A program made the position numbers and the translations under genes. The notes under the pieces are model-generated. The model saw only the letters and a list, made by a program, of their open reading frames with translations, was not told the DNA's origin and ran no database searches. Of a stretch of 64,000 nucleotides of DNA, positions 1 to 10,088 are shown one piece after another (the stretch's first letter is position 1; each line of letters begins with the position of its first letter). The stretch is taken from the sequence record PV261924.1; one strand, given 5' to 3'.

Positions 1-934
1 CTTCAGTCTCTTCCTTTGCTGCAAGTTTTCTTGCAGTCTCCTTTTCAAGTTCTAACTTATCCTGATTGATCTTTAAAAGTTTCTGTAAGTTCTTATCAAT
101 ATTAGTGAGAGACTTTGAGATAGGGACAAGTTTCTCTTGTACATCCTCTTGGAGGTCTGCCTTTACACTCTCAGGTACATTTGAAGCTGACGACGTGGAT
201 GATGGAAGTAACTTATCTGTCTGAACTTTGGTTGGTCCAGTGGGTTTTGATTTACTTTTTCTATTAACAAAGTTCGAAGTCCTTACAGTCTTTTTCCTAG
301 ACTTTGGTTTAAATCTACCAGACTTAGACTTTACCTTTTTATATTCATCATCAATTAATTCACTTTCCTCAGTAGGAATTTTACTACCAGACATTCTGGC
401 AGCCATCATTCTCTCCTTTAAGAGAGTTTTATATGTATCGTAATCTAAGTCACTGACATCTTCTAATCCAAGGAGACTTAGAATTCTTGGGTCTACATCT
501 TCACTCTTGGGTGGTGTAGTTTTCTTTTGAGTAACACTCTTTACTATTGCAGTAGTCTTACCTTTTTTGTCACCACCCTTTTCTTTTTTGAGAGTATCTA
601 CATCATCTCTGATTTCTTTCAGAAGGTCATCAAGACCATCTGGAATTTGTTGTTGTTTTTTATTTGACTTTTTTGCAGCCTTTACATTCTTTGTAGTTAC
701 ATTTCCAATATTACCTTTCTCATCAAATTCACCTGCAAGTCCTCTTGCAATATCAGTGAAGTCATTCGATCTTCCTTGAATGAGTTCACTATCAAGTTTA
801 GATTGTTCTCTTTCGTTGAGTGAATTGTAGTATTTTGATAGTTGAGCAATATGAGCATCAGAAAGTTTATCGGCAAGTTTCTTGCCGAGTTTCACTTCGT
901 AAGCCTTTCTTAGTCTAGCTGGGTCTCTAGCCAT
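1..934 (-). CDS. Partial large baseplate hub/tail-associated protein (runs off window start)
   Basis: ATG at 934 (MARDPARLRKAYEVKLGKKLADKLSD...). Frame checked by eye only at both ends; absent from the ORF track because no stop lies in the window. Follows gp26/gp51. Confidence 0.55.
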   Translation of the reverse strand, partial: MARDPARLRKAYEVKLGKKLADKLSDAHIAQLSKYYNSLNEREQSKLDSELIQGRSNDFTDIARGLAGEFDEKGNIGNVTTKNVKAAKKSNKKQQQIPDGLDDLLKEIRDDVDTLKKEKGGDKKGKTTAIVKSVTQKKTTPPKSEDVDPRILSLLGLEDVSDLDYDTYKTLLKERMMAARMSGSKIPTEESELIDDEYKKVKSKSGRFKPKSRKKTVRTSNFVNRKSKSKPTGPTKVQTDKLLPSSTSSASNVPESVKADLQEDVQEKLVPISKSLTNIDKNLQKLLKINQDKLELEKETARKLAAKEETE

Positions 935-1094
935 TCCTTGCCTTCATCTTTTGCTCTTCTTCCTCAAGATGTTCTTGGAGTAATGCAACGTAGATGTCTC
1001 GTTCCCAAGGCATCATGTTTTCAAGCTCTGTTAATGAATATTTATGGTACTGCATCAAGGCAAAAGTTAATCTGAAGTAGTTCTCCAGATCCAT
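927..1094 (-). CDS. gp51: Baseplate hub assembly catalyst, gp51-like
   Basis: Manual translation MDLENYFRLTFALMQYHKYSLTELENMMPWERDIYVALLQEHLEEEEQKMKARNG; typical small gene after gp26. Confidence 0.8.
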   Translation of the reverse strand: MDLENYFRLTFALMQYHKYSLTELENMMPWERDIYVALLQEHLEEEEQKMKARNG

Positions 1095-1105
1095 GTGGAC
1101 AAGGC

Positions 1106-1822
1106 CTATCCGAAAAAACTTGATAACCCTTCCAGCACAACAGTACTCTTTACTTTAGTAACAGGATTTTTTACCTCAATAGTATGAGATAACTTAGGCA
1201 TTGTCTCAAAGAACTTCTCAATCTCTTTGAACTGAGTGGAACTCATCTGTTCAAGGAATTCGATCACTTCTTTATTGGTAACGTCAGCAGTTGACCATAC
1301 CTCTTCTTCACTATAAATCTTGTCAATACAAGTTGCAATCAATTCAAATGATTTATCAACAGAGTTATCATCAAAGTCAAAGTTGTTCTTGATGAATTGA
1401 TCCAATGATGGATACTTCATCTCCATCATCAAAGTGTCATCAAGTTTGATTTGTTTTGAATGGTTCTCATTCTCCACCACCTTAATATCCTCAAGGTCAA
1501 TCTTCACATTGATCGATGTCTCACCATCATCAGGTGCAATAATACCTACCTCAACTTCTTCACCAACAGACTTACCTCTAATGTTTAAGAAGAGATACTC
1601 AATATCAAATGTAGGAAGTTCCTCAACCTTAATACCTCTGGTAGAGATACAGTTCTTGATTACGGTTTTAATTGCAGTTGTAATCTGTTGAGTATCCTCA
1701 CTCTCAAGTGCAAGGACAAGAAGTTTTTCTTCCTTTACAAGGAAAGGTCTAAATTTGATTTTCTGTTTGGTAGAAGGCAACTCAAGCTCATAAGTTGGAG
1801 TAACAATCTTTGGTAAAGGCAT
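1106..1822 (-). CDS. gp26: Baseplate hub subunit gp26
   Basis: MPLPKIVTPTYELELPS...IKFRPFLVKEEK N-terminus typical of T4-like gp26. Confidence 0.9.
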   Translation of the reverse strand: MPLPKIVTPTYELELPSTKQKIKFRPFLVKEEKLLVLALESEDTQQITTAIKTVIKNCISTRGIKVEELPTFDIEYLFLNIRGKSVGEEVEVGIIAPDDGETSINVKIDLEDIKVVENENHSKQIKLDDTLMMEMKYPSLDQFIKNNFDFDDNSVDKSFELIATCIDKIYSEEEVWSTADVTNKEVIEFLEQMSSTQFKEIEKFFETMPKLSHTIEVKNPVTKVKSTVVLEGLSSFFG

Positions 1823-1852
1823 GATATCTGATAATGATTTCAGTAAAAATAT

Positions 1853-2332
1853 TTAGTTACGTTTTTTACGTTTCTTTGGTTGAGGAATACCGAGGTCATG
1901 TTCGGTCAAGACCTTGAATTGCACACCATTGTCTTTGGCAAACTCTGCTGCGGCATTCCATTTGGCTTGGTTTATTGCGTAAGTTGTACACTCATTGATG
2001 TAAGCTTTTGTGACTCTTGTTTTCTTCTTTGGTTCGACACATTGTTTTGCTGGTTTGATTTCAATGATGTATCGACACACCCTACCGTCCTGATGTCTTA
2101 TCTGTACAATCCCATCAGGATAATATCTATGGACACGATTGTCAACTGGACTGACATAAGGTATTGAAAATTCTTCCGATGCATACTTAAGAACAGCATC
2201 GTTCCTGTCACACCACTTTAAAAAGTGTAGTTCCCAACTACTACGGTAGACTATATTCCTCGCATCCCCCATATATTTTTCAGGATGCTGAGGATGAAAT
2301 CTACCTTGATGGTACTTCGAACCCCTAGGCAT
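1853..2332 (-). CDS. gp4: Head completion protein gp4 (TnsA-like nuclease fold)
   Basis: GRFHPQHPEKYMGD, YRSSWE, HRYYPD, IEIKP, NQAKW motifs. Confidence 0.9.
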   Translation of the reverse strand: MPRGSKYHQGRFHPQHPEKYMGDARNIVYRSSWELHFLKWCDRNDAVLKYASEEFSIPYVSPVDNRVHRYYPDGIVQIRHQDGRVCRYIIEIKPAKQCVEPKKKTRVTKAYINECTTYAINQAKWNAAAEFAKDNGVQFKVLTEHDLGIPQPKKRKKRN

Positions 2333-2369
2333 CAGTTATACATAGTATTGATATAGTAACTGTATTTAG

Positions 2370-3059
2370 ATGCCTGCACCAGGTGGAGCACCAACTCCAA
2401 AGTCCATAAAGACATCTCAGATTAAGAGTAGGATCTTAAACGTTGCTACTCCTAATAATTACATCGTTAAATTTACACCTCCTCAACTTGTATCAACTTT
2501 TATGGAGAGTCGTGGTTTACCATACAATATTGTAGGTGAAGATATTGAACTGAGATGTATTCAAACAACCACACCAGGGACCTCATTCCTGACACATTCT
2601 GTCAGTTCTGACCATCAGGGTATTGTAGAAGAGATACCTTATAGAAGAGCATATGAGAATGAAATCTCAATGACCTTCATTGTTGATAGTAACTATGAGA
2701 CCGTTGCATTCTTTGAAGCATGGGTCGATTATATGAGTGGTGTTGGTCCAACTGTTGCAAGAGAAGCATACTATGGTGACTATGCTATCTACAGAATGAA
2801 TTATTTTAATGACTACAAGTGTAATCTATTCTTGACAAAGTTTGAAAAAGATGCGACTGATAATTCAAGGATCAGTAAAACTCGTCGAGACAAGAGAGCA
2901 CTTCAGTATACATTGATTGGTGCATACCCAAAACAAATAAATAGTATGGACTTACAGTATGGTGAAGCGTCTGATTTTATGAGACTTGTAGTGACCTTCG
3001 GTTACTCAAGATATGTAAGAGAAAGAGTCAACATCCAGGACAGCAATGAAGACATTTAA
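2370..3059 (+). CDS. Tail-tube-fold baseplate protein (gp19/gp54-like)
   Basis: IPYRRAYENEISMTF, FFEAWVDY, YTLIGAYPKQI...L motifs of tube-fold proteins; synteny. Confidence 0.7.
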   Translation: MPAPGGAPTPKSIKTSQIKSRILNVATPNNYIVKFTPPQLVSTFMESRGLPYNIVGEDIELRCIQTTTPGTSFLTHSVSSDHQGIVEEIPYRRAYENEISMTFIVDSNYETVAFFEAWVDYMSGVGPTVAREAYYGDYAIYRMNYFNDYKCNLFLTKFEKDATDNSRISKTRRDKRALQYTLIGAYPKQINSMDLQYGEASDFMRLVVTFGYSRYVRERVNIQDSNEDI

Positions 3060-3678
3060 TCAATTCAACGAAGACGCATCATCATCTGCCTCGTCTGCTA
3101 TCAGTGGATCAGGTTCCTTTAAAGGTGGTTCTGATTTCCACGGTGTAAGTTACGATCATGGTTTTAAGAAGAGACCATCGACTGGTCTTGGTGGATTTGC
3201 TAAAGGTGCTGCTAAACGTGTTGGAAGTGCAGTAAAAGATAGACTGAAGAATAGACAAGGTAAACCAAGACCTGATGGTCCAGGTAAACAACCCGACAGA
3301 AAACCACAACCATATAGAAGTTCAAAACCTCAAAGTACATCACCTCAAAGTAAAGAACGTCCCGCACTACCACAAGGTAAAGAACGTCCCGCACTTCCTG
3401 CAGGTAAGGATTCAATGGTAGCAAGAAGAACAGCTGCTGCTAAACAACCACCACAACACAAACAAATCTCTGCAAGACCAGCATCAACAGCAATGGCTGG
3501 TAGCAGACAGAGACCTGCAATCAAACCTGCAAAATCTAATCTCTCCAGAGATAACATGGGTGTTCAGAAGGTCAATGTCAGAGACGAAGGACCAACTCAA
3601 CAGAAGAGACTCAATCCTGCTCAACAAAGACAACTTCCACCCGCAAAACAAAGACAGTTAAAAGCTGCTGATGGATGA
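3046..3678 (+). CDS. Basic low-complexity protein, putative internal virion protein
   Basis: Starts MKTFNQFNE (resembles T4 capsid-targeting sequence); rich in K/R/P/Q. Confidence 0.6.
   Translation: MKTFNQFNEDASSSASSAISGSGSFKGGSDFHGVSYDHGFKKRPSTGLGGFAKGAAKRVGSAVKDRLKNRQGKPRPDGPGKQPDRKPQPYRSSKPQSTSPQSKERPALPQGKERPALPAGKDSMVARRTAAAKQPPQHKQISARPASTAMAGSRQRPAIKPAKSNLSRDNMGVQKVNVRDEGPTQQKRLNPAQQRQLPPAKQRQLKAADG
3350..3403 (+). repeat. 27-nt tandem repeat (KERPALP x2)
   Basis: GTAAAGAACGTCCCGCACT at 3350 and 3377. Confidence 0.85.
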
Positions 3679-4060
3679 AGAACAACAGGAGTATCTGAAT
3701 AGTACGATCAACAGATTTTCTGAAGAGGAAGTCAATCGTATCAAGGCTATGAGAGTCGAAGATGATATGATGTTGGAGATCATTGAAAAACTTCAGACAG
3801 AGGTTGAGGTAGTTCCTGATGTTGGTAAGTATTTTACTTTCATCTATACAGCAAAGACACCCAGAGTTGAATATGATAGGTTCCCTTTAGTTGCGGTCAC
3901 TGGTTTATTCAGATGGGGATTCAGAGGACTTAATTATCACTGGGGGGATTTCAGAAATTACACTTGGGAAGAACTACAGAGTAATCTATACAAAGTATAT
4001 CCCATGGAACTAAAGACTCTTAGAGCCATTCCATATCAAAGTTTCACGATAAATAACTAA
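3671..4060 (+). CDS. gp2-like (DNA end protector-related) short protein
   Basis: YFTFIY..K...YDRFPLV....GFRGLNYHW resembles the gp2 core motif. Confidence 0.55.
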   Translation: MDEEQQEYLNSTINRFSEEEVNRIKAMRVEDDMMLEIIEKLQTEVEVVPDVGKYFTFIYTAKTPRVEYDRFPLVAVTGLFRWGFRGLNYHWGDFRNYTWEELQSNLYKVYPMELKTLRAIPYQSFTINN

Positions 4061-4075
4061 AAGTATCCTAGTATA

Positions 4076-5518
4076 ATGTCGGACGTTGTTAAGTCATCTG
4101 CAATTTGGAACGGACTTAAGGTAGATTCTTATACCAACGTGCGTACAGGAGAGATCAGTTTATATCAACCTGGTAGATTAACACCTGTTCTTCTTGCAAG
4201 ATCGATACCTGCAAATGGAGCAGCAAAATGGTCCTATGAGGGTAATGGAGAGAACTTTAGAAACATCTATAATGATCAGCAAAGAGCAATTGGCGGAAAA
4301 GAATTAACTCAAAAAGAATTTAACCAACAATTTTTCACAAAAGGTACAACTGCATTTAATAATATCAGAGGAACAATTCTTAGAACAGAAAGTAATTACG
4401 TTAATGCTGGTATTCCAATTACCGAAAGAGAACTTATAAAACAAGGTCACTTTGACAATAGAGTGCCTGGATCAGTGGATCCTGCATCAGATATTATGGT
4501 GAACTCCGATGGCACCTTACCAGATAGAAGAACTTCTGGAGAGAATCTTATACAAAGAGATCCTATTGTACCTACAAGTACAGGACCTAGTGGTGGAGGG
4601 GCCGGAGAACAAAATGAAGATCTTCGGTCATATGACGAAATTAATGCTGATATTGAAAGTTTAAGTTCTAATAATAATGCTCAAAGAGTTAGCAGTTCTG
4701 TTACGTTAAAATATCCCTTTCATGAACCTCCATCAGAGTTTAGATATGATTATATTAGAATTACAGCACGTGATTATGGTAGAGCAGGTTTAACTGAAGC
4801 AAAACTAGGACCAGCAAGAGAAACCGTTTGGTTACCAATGCAACCACAATTAAGTGAAACCAATGCAGTAAGTTGGTCTGACGATCAACTCAATCCAGTC
4901 CAGGCTGCCTTGGGTGAGTTTGCTATTGGGGCGATTGAGGGTCTTGGTGGTGGAGGTCTAGGTAGAATTGGAGAAGCATTCAACAAGGGTTTAGGTGAAT
5001 TCAGGGCCATGGCAACTAACACAGCAACTAAAAGTTTTGCCACTTCATATTTTGCAGGTCAAGCAGTTGGGGCAAATCTTGTCGGAAGAACGACAGGTAT
5101 GGTAATCAATCCCAATCTCGAATTACTTTTCAATGGTCCTAATCTCAGAACATTTAACTTTAATTTTAGATTGACACCTAGAAGTGAAGAAGAGTCTAAG
5201 GTGATAAGAAAAATTATTAGAGCATTTAAGAGAAATTCTGCAGTACAAAAAGGTCCTGATAAGTTATTCCTAAAATCTCCCAGAGTGTTTGAACTGCAGT
5301 ATCATTATAAAGGAGGGCAAGAACATCCCTATCTAAATAAATTTAAACCCTGTGCACTTACAAATTTTTCTGTAAATTACACACCAGATGGTTCATATGC
5401 AACCTTTGATAAGAGTGGATCTCTTACAGCATATGAGTTAAATATGAATTTTACAGAAATTGTACCTATCTACGAAAAGGATATTCCTGCGGGGGATAAA
5501 GCTACGATGGGATTCTAA
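4076..5518 (+). CDS. gp48: Baseplate tail tube cap gp48
   Basis: NPNLELLFNGPNLRTFNFNFRLTPRSEEE, FKPCALTNFSVNYTPDG, F.EIVPIY. Confidence 0.9.
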   Translation: MSDVVKSSAIWNGLKVDSYTNVRTGEISLYQPGRLTPVLLARSIPANGAAKWSYEGNGENFRNIYNDQQRAIGGKELTQKEFNQQFFTKGTTAFNNIRGTILRTESNYVNAGIPITERELIKQGHFDNRVPGSVDPASDIMVNSDGTLPDRRTSGENLIQRDPIVPTSTGPSGGGAGEQNEDLRSYDEINADIESLSSNNNAQRVSSSVTLKYPFHEPPSEFRYDYIRITARDYGRAGLTEAKLGPARETVWLPMQPQLSETNAVSWSDDQLNPVQAALGEFAIGAIEGLGGGGLGRIGEAFNKGLGEFRAMATNTATKSFATSYFAGQAVGANLVGRTTGMVINPNLELLFNGPNLRTFNFNFRLTPRSEEESKVIRKIIRAFKRNSAVQKGPDKLFLKSPRVFELQYHYKGGQEHPYLNKFKPCALTNFSVNYTPDGSYATFDKSGSLTAYELNMNFTEIVPIYEKDIPAGDKATMGF

Positions 5519-6187
5519 ATGGCACAAAAATACTTCAGAAATATTCCTAACTTTGAGTATGTTGACAGGACCAAAGACGGTCAGAACATCTCAGACTATA
5601 CAGAAGTAAAGAACTTATTCAAGAGAGGTAAACTTAGAGAGGACATCTTCCAAGACCTCACATACTTCACCAAGTATAAGGTGGTTGGTGATGAGAGACC
5701 TGATGAGATTGCATATAAGATCTATGGTGATGAGAATCTTGATTGGATTGTGATGTTATCAAATAACATCATCAACTTTGAGAATGAATGGCCAATGTCT
5801 CAACAATCATTTGATAAGTATCTTCTTGATAAGTATGGTTCATATCCAAACATGTACCTCGATCATCATTATGAAACCAATGAGGTGAGAGACAGTGAAG
5901 ACAGAATCATTATTGAAAAGGGTTTGATAGTACCAAGTGACTGGAGTATCACTTTCTATGATACTGGTCTCGGTCAATTGGTAACTCGTTCCTCTGTCTA
6001 TCCAGTTTCAAACTTTGAATACGAAGAGAGAATTCAAAACGATAAGAGAAATATATTCTTACTAAAAGATATCTACGTGGGTCTGGTTATTGATGATGTA
6101 GAAACTGTCATGCCATACACACCTGGTTCAACACAGTATGTCTCAGACCGTCTTGTACGTGGTGAGAACATTAGACTGTACGAATAA
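5519..6187 (+). CDS. gp53: Baseplate wedge subunit gp53
   Basis: YFRNIPNFEY, ERPDEIAYKIYGD (LysM-like), WIVMLSNNI..EWP. Confidence 0.9.
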   Translation: MAQKYFRNIPNFEYVDRTKDGQNISDYTEVKNLFKRGKLREDIFQDLTYFTKYKVVGDERPDEIAYKIYGDENLDWIVMLSNNIINFENEWPMSQQSFDKYLLDKYGSYPNMYLDHHYETNEVRDSEDRIIIEKGLIVPSDWSITFYDTGLGQLVTRSSVYPVSNFEYEERIQNDKRNIFLLKDIYVGLVIDDVETVMPYTPGSTQYVSDRLVRGENIRLYE

Positions 6188-6195
6188 AAAAGTAA

Positions 6196-6250
6196 AGGGG
6201 CCAAAAAGCCCCCAGGATTTTTTTTGGGCCTTTTTGAAATCAAAGGCCGA
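6196..6250. terminator. Probable terminator region between convergent gp53 and gp32
   Basis: GGCC...AAAAAG / TTTTTTGGGCC inverted elements with T/A runs. Confidence 0.5.
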
Positions 6251-6258
6251 TTTTGGTA

Positions 6259-7218
6259 TCAGGACTCAGCAAGCTTACTGAAGTAACTCATCGGGTCGTC
6301 GTCATCGTCTCCCTTACTGACAGTAATATCAGGAGAGTTGAAGTCAGAAGTTGTCTTTGAAGATTGATAGGAGTCTTCAAGCTTTCGCATGACCTCCTCT
6401 TCAGAGACAGTCTTTCGTTCTGTTGCTGCGTAGTTATCATACTCAGTTTCTTCCTCTACGGTTGATCGACGGGTGGACTTGTTGCCCAGTACATAATCAA
6501 GACGCTTCTTCAGTTCATCATAGGATTTGAACTGATCGGGTGCAGTGAAGGCAGTGAGTGAATACTGCTTCTTCCAGATTGCTTCCATCGCTTCATCGTC
6601 ATCCAGGAGAGGAGACACACGATCGAACTCGGAACTATCATAGTTCCAGTAACCAGCAACCTTCTTCAGTTTGAGTTTGAAGTTGGCACCTTGCCAAAAG
6701 TCAAAGGGGTTGATAGGAGTTTCATCTTCGAATTCAGGTTGCATTGCTTCCATGATCTTGTCGAAGATCTTCTTACCAAACTTGTACAGGAATACCTTAC
6801 CTTCATTCTGAGGGTTGGCAGGGTCCTTGACCACGTAGATGTTTGCGTAGAAAGAAAGTTTACGCTTTTGTTTGCGAACGGTTTCCTTATCCGATTCGTT
6901 ACCCGTGTTCCACAGTTCACGGTTCAGTTCACCGATAGGATCCTTACCACCAATGGTAGTCAGGGAGTTTTCGATGTACCAACCACCAGGACCTTGGAAG
7001 GCATGGGAGAACAGTTTCACCCAAGGGAGATCTTCTCCTTCGGGAGCAGGAAGGAAACGAATAACAGCATATCCGTTACCACTTTTATCCATCTCTGGTT
7101 TCCACAGTCGGTCATCGGCACCACCGCCGCCACCACCGTTTTGTTTCTCTACTTCTTTGACCAGTTTCTGTGTCAGAGAACCAAGAGAGGATTGTTTCTT
7201 AAGGTCTGAAAAAGACAT
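6259..7218 (-). CDS. gp32: Single-stranded DNA-binding protein gp32
   Basis: GNGYAVIRFLP, WYIENSLTT, GKVFLYKFGKKIFDKI, acidic C-terminal tail. Confidence 0.97.
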   Translation of the reverse strand: MSFSDLKKQSSLGSLTQKLVKEVEKQNGGGGGGADDRLWKPEMDKSGNGYAVIRFLPAPEGEDLPWVKLFSHAFQGPGGWYIENSLTTIGGKDPIGELNRELWNTGNESDKETVRKQKRKLSFYANIYVVKDPANPQNEGKVFLYKFGKKIFDKIMEAMQPEFEDETPINPFDFWQGANFKLKLKKVAGYWNYDSSEFDRVSPLLDDDEAMEAIWKKQYSLTAFTAPDQFKSYDELKKRLDYVLGNKSTRRSTVEEETEYDNYAATERKTVSEEEVMRKLEDSYQSSKTTSDFNSPDITVSKGDDDDDPMSYFSKLAES

Positions 7219-7298
7219 TCGTATTTACCTGTAGTTTGTATTTGGCTTGTTGGTCAAGTTTGGGTGGGGGACCTGACCACCCCCGTATCCTACACCCC

Positions 7299-7634
7299 TC
7301 AGAGGGACTCGTCAAGGTGTTTCCTCATGTTGTCGATGATGTTGGTCATGTTACTGAAGACGTATGTCAGGTCCACGTCAGCAGGGAATCCGAGTTGACG
7401 TGCAGAAGCCATGATACTCTCCTTCATCATCTGAGCTTCGGGATCATCAGATAAGCTCAGACGAGTGTAGAGAACCTGTTGTTTCTTTAACAGACTCTCT
7501 AACATTTCAACATGTTCCAACTTATCTTTGTTGGTCATTGATGCGAACGCAAACACGTTCTTATAGATCTCTTCTTGTAATTCGGAGATCTCTTTCATTT
7601 CCGTTTGAACTATTTCTGATTGAAAGAAACTCAT
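7299..7634 (-). CDS. Conserved cyanophage hypothetical protein (DUF1825-like)
   Basis: MSFFQSEIVQ..., RLSLSDDPEA motif. Confidence 0.7.
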   Translation of the reverse strand: MSFFQSEIVQTEMKEISELQEEIYKNVFAFASMTNKDKLEHVEMLESLLKKQQVLYTRLSLSDDPEAQMMKESIMASARQLGFPADVDLTYVFSNMTNIIDNMRKHLDESL

Positions 7635-7795
7635 TCTACTTCTGCTTCTTGATTGTTAGACTCTTCGATCTGTTCCAGAACGTCAATGGCACCGAGGATC
7701 TTAAGATACATCTCTCGTCCACCATCGATTTGTTGTTCGAGTTCAGCCTTTTGCTTTCTCAGATTTTCAAGCACGGTAGCATTATCAAGTGCCAT
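7631..7795 (-). CDS. Small coiled-coil hypothetical protein
   Basis: Manual translation MALDNATVLENLRKQKAELEQQIDGGREMYLKILGAIDVLEQIEES...; GGAG SD; ATGA overlap with the next gene. Confidence 0.7.
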   Translation of the reverse strand: MALDNATVLENLRKQKAELEQQIDGGREMYLKILGAIDVLEQIEESNNQEAEVE

Positions 7796-8396
7796 TGATT
7801 ATTACCTCCTTGAGGATAGATCTAAATTTAAATACATCAATATGTATAAAGGAATCATACTTATCAATTCTCATCGATAAGAACTTCCACACAGGGTCAT
7901 CCAGTTTACTATCGAATTGTTTTTTGAATCCTAAGATCTTATTTAAGATCACTAAAGACTCAAGGGAAAGGTTCTTTCCCAGGTGTTCTTTGATGAGTTG
8001 AGGGTGACGAGTTCCCTCAATCTTGAACATCTCATCAAAGTTTTTACCAGAAAAAACATTCTCTACTTCTGATTTGAACGTATAAGATAGAGACTGAAGA
8101 CGTTTTTTCCAATCGGTGTAGTTCTGTTCACCGTTCCTGACGATCTCACCAATCCACAGAGACTGAGGATCATCACAAGACACAAAATTACTGACAAAGA
8201 ATTCAATAACTTCACTATCATCTTTCTGCCGACTCAATTTTTCAAAAAAGAACCTGTCTTTACGTTTGTAAAAGGACTCTAATGATGCACGAGACTTACC
8301 ACCATAACGATGGTAATCATATTTTTCTTTTGTAAAGTGATTTTTCAATCCAAGATAACTCTTGTAAGTGTCGAAGGGTGTCACTTTAGGTATCAT
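7785..8396 (-). CDS. gp59: Helicase loader gp59
   Basis: YLGLKNHFTKEKYDY, FYKRKDRFFFEKL. Confidence 0.85.
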   Translation of the reverse strand: MIPKVTPFDTYKSYLGLKNHFTKEKYDYHRYGGKSRASLESFYKRKDRFFFEKLSRQKDDSEVIEFFVSNFVSCDDPQSLWIGEIVRNGEQNYTDWKKRLQSLSYTFKSEVENVFSGKNFDEMFKIEGTRHPQLIKEHLGKNLSLESLVILNKILGFKKQFDSKLDDPVWKFLSMRIDKYDSFIHIDVFKFRSILKEVIINGT

Positions 8397-8662
8397 AAAG
8401 GTAGTTTCGCATGAGATGTACGTTTCAATAGGTTGAGTTCCATAGCCTCAGCCTTAAGTTTTTCCTTCAAAGGTTTGGATATTAACTTAGGAATAGACTC
8501 AATGTCGATATTATTACTCTCACAAAAGAAAACAATTGAGTCCATGTACTTCATGTCCTTGTTCTCTTTTGCAATCTTCTCAATCTCCTCCGAGAAAGTT
8601 CTACTATTATAGAACTTCTTTTCGATGAGTTGATCAACACTGAGTTCTTCAGATTTAGGCAT
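8393..8662 (-). CDS. gp33: Late transcription coactivator gp33
   Basis: Start refined to MPKSEE; FCESNNIDIESIPKLISKPLKEKLKAEAMELNLL. Confidence 0.88.
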   Translation of the reverse strand: MPKSEELSVDQLIEKKFYNSRTFSEEIEKIAKENKDMKYMDSIVFFCESNNIDIESIPKLISKPLKEKLKAEAMELNLLKRTSHAKLPL

Positions 8663-9320
8663 GTTGCTGTAGTTTGAATTCAACAAACTCGCTAATATAT
8701 TCTGCGAGAAGGTTGATGTACTTTCTCTTATCATACTGTTCATAGACTTCAACTTCTCCATTTTCACAAGACATAATGATGACAAATTTTTTGACCATAA
8801 TACCAGTCATTTCGTATAGCATACATGCATAGGCTGCACACTGTACATAATAATGTTCGATCCACTTTTCTGGTTTAGGTTTCTTACTTGTCTTGAAGTC
8901 AATGACAGCAAGTTCTCCATCATACTCAGCAATACAATCGACTGTTCCTGCAACACCTAGTTCTCTACTAAAAAGAGCTTGTTCAATTGCATGAATGTTA
9001 TCAATTTTATCTAGATCAGGTTTGGCTTGTTTAAAAAGGAACTCTGACAATGGTTGCACTGTCGGAAGTTCCTTGTTTAACATATAGTTTTCAACCAGTG
9101 TGTGCATGTCAGTACCACGACTGGTTGCTGCCTTTGTGATCTTGTTTGCTTCTTCAACACCAACCCTCTTTCTCCACTTAGTGAAGATTTCTCGATTGTA
9201 GTGACTAATAATCGATGTGATGGAAACTAATTTTTGTCCATCTGGAGTATCATAATACCTTACACCGTCAATCATCTCTCTATCGAGAGTTGGATAATCA
9301 ATTTCAATGTGATTAAACAT
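8655..9320 (-). CDS. PD-(D/E)XK exonuclease
   Basis: RGTDMH, AGTVDCIAEYDG, IDFKTS, YYVQ..AYA motifs. Confidence 0.88.
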   Translation of the reverse strand: MFNHIEIDYPTLDREMIDGVRYYDTPDGQKLVSITSIISHYNREIFTKWRKRVGVEEANKITKAATSRGTDMHTLVENYMLNKELPTVQPLSEFLFKQAKPDLDKIDNIHAIEQALFSRELGVAGTVDCIAEYDGELAVIDFKTSKKPKPEKWIEHYYVQCAAYACMLYEMTGIMVKKFVIIMSCENGEVEVYEQYDKRKYINLLAEYISEFVEFKLQQHA

Positions 9321-10084
9321 TACATACCGAGTTCAAGTTTAGCAATGATGTACTCTTTAACAAGACCACTTCTACAGATATCTTCTGCATTGAATTCAAT
9401 TGTATCAAAGGATGGCATATTAGTCAAGATACGCATGAAGTCTGCGATACCATTCCTCTCATTCTGTTTGGTCAAATCGGACTGAGTTGCATCACCACAG
9501 AACATGATCTTAGAATTCTCACCGATACGAGTGATCATTGAATCAAGTTCATGGAAGTTCAGGTTCTGGAACTCATCAACAATCACAATCACATTATCCA
9601 ATGTGGTACCACGAATGAATGATGTGGACCAGAAAGAAATAGTTCCCTGTGCCTTAAGATTGTTATACAACATCTCAAAGGATGCATCATCAGGCATCTC
9701 GAACATGTACTTGACCATGTTCTTGTATGGAATCTGATACAAAGAAGACTTGTCCTCATGGTCACCAGGAAGGAAACCAATCTCTCTGGTCGGTACAAGA
9801 GACCTGACGATGTAGATCTTCTCGTAGGGTGACTTGGGGTCTAAGACATCCAGAAGGGCGTTGTAGAGGGTGATAAAGGTCTTACCTGTACCAGCACACC
9901 CGTAGGCAACTAAGTTCTGTTGTTCCTTATACTTCTCAAAGAAAACTTCTTGGTTCTCTGTGATTGGTTCTACCTTCTTGATATAGTCAAGATTGATTGG
10001 TTTCTTTCTCTTCATTACCCTATTGCTCATACCAAATGGAACTGGGTTAGTAGTTCCGACACCTGTCTTTTTCTTTGCCGGCAT
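9320..10084 (-). CDS. phoH: PhoH-family ATPase
   Basis: GCAGTGKT Walker A, IGFLPG, RGTTL, DEFQN; start refined to MPAKKK. Confidence 0.95.
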   Translation of the reverse strand: MPAKKKTGVGTTNPVPFGMSNRVMKRKKPINLDYIKKVEPITENQEVFFEKYKEQQNLVAYGCAGTGKTFITLYNALLDVLDPKSPYEKIYIVRSLVPTREIGFLPGDHEDKSSLYQIPYKNMVKYMFEMPDDASFEMLYNNLKAQGTISFWSTSFIRGTTLDNVIVIVDEFQNLNFHELDSMITRIGENSKIMFCGDATQSDLTKQNERNGIADFMRILTNMPSFDTIEFNAEDICRSGLVKEYIIAKLELGM

Positions 10085-10088
10085 AAAA

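Noticed and set aside
6666-7454. Long antisense or alternative-frame ORFs over gp32 (172, 120, 84 and 72 aa)
   Set aside because: Shadow ORFs of a conserved gene with no SD or recognisable motifs.
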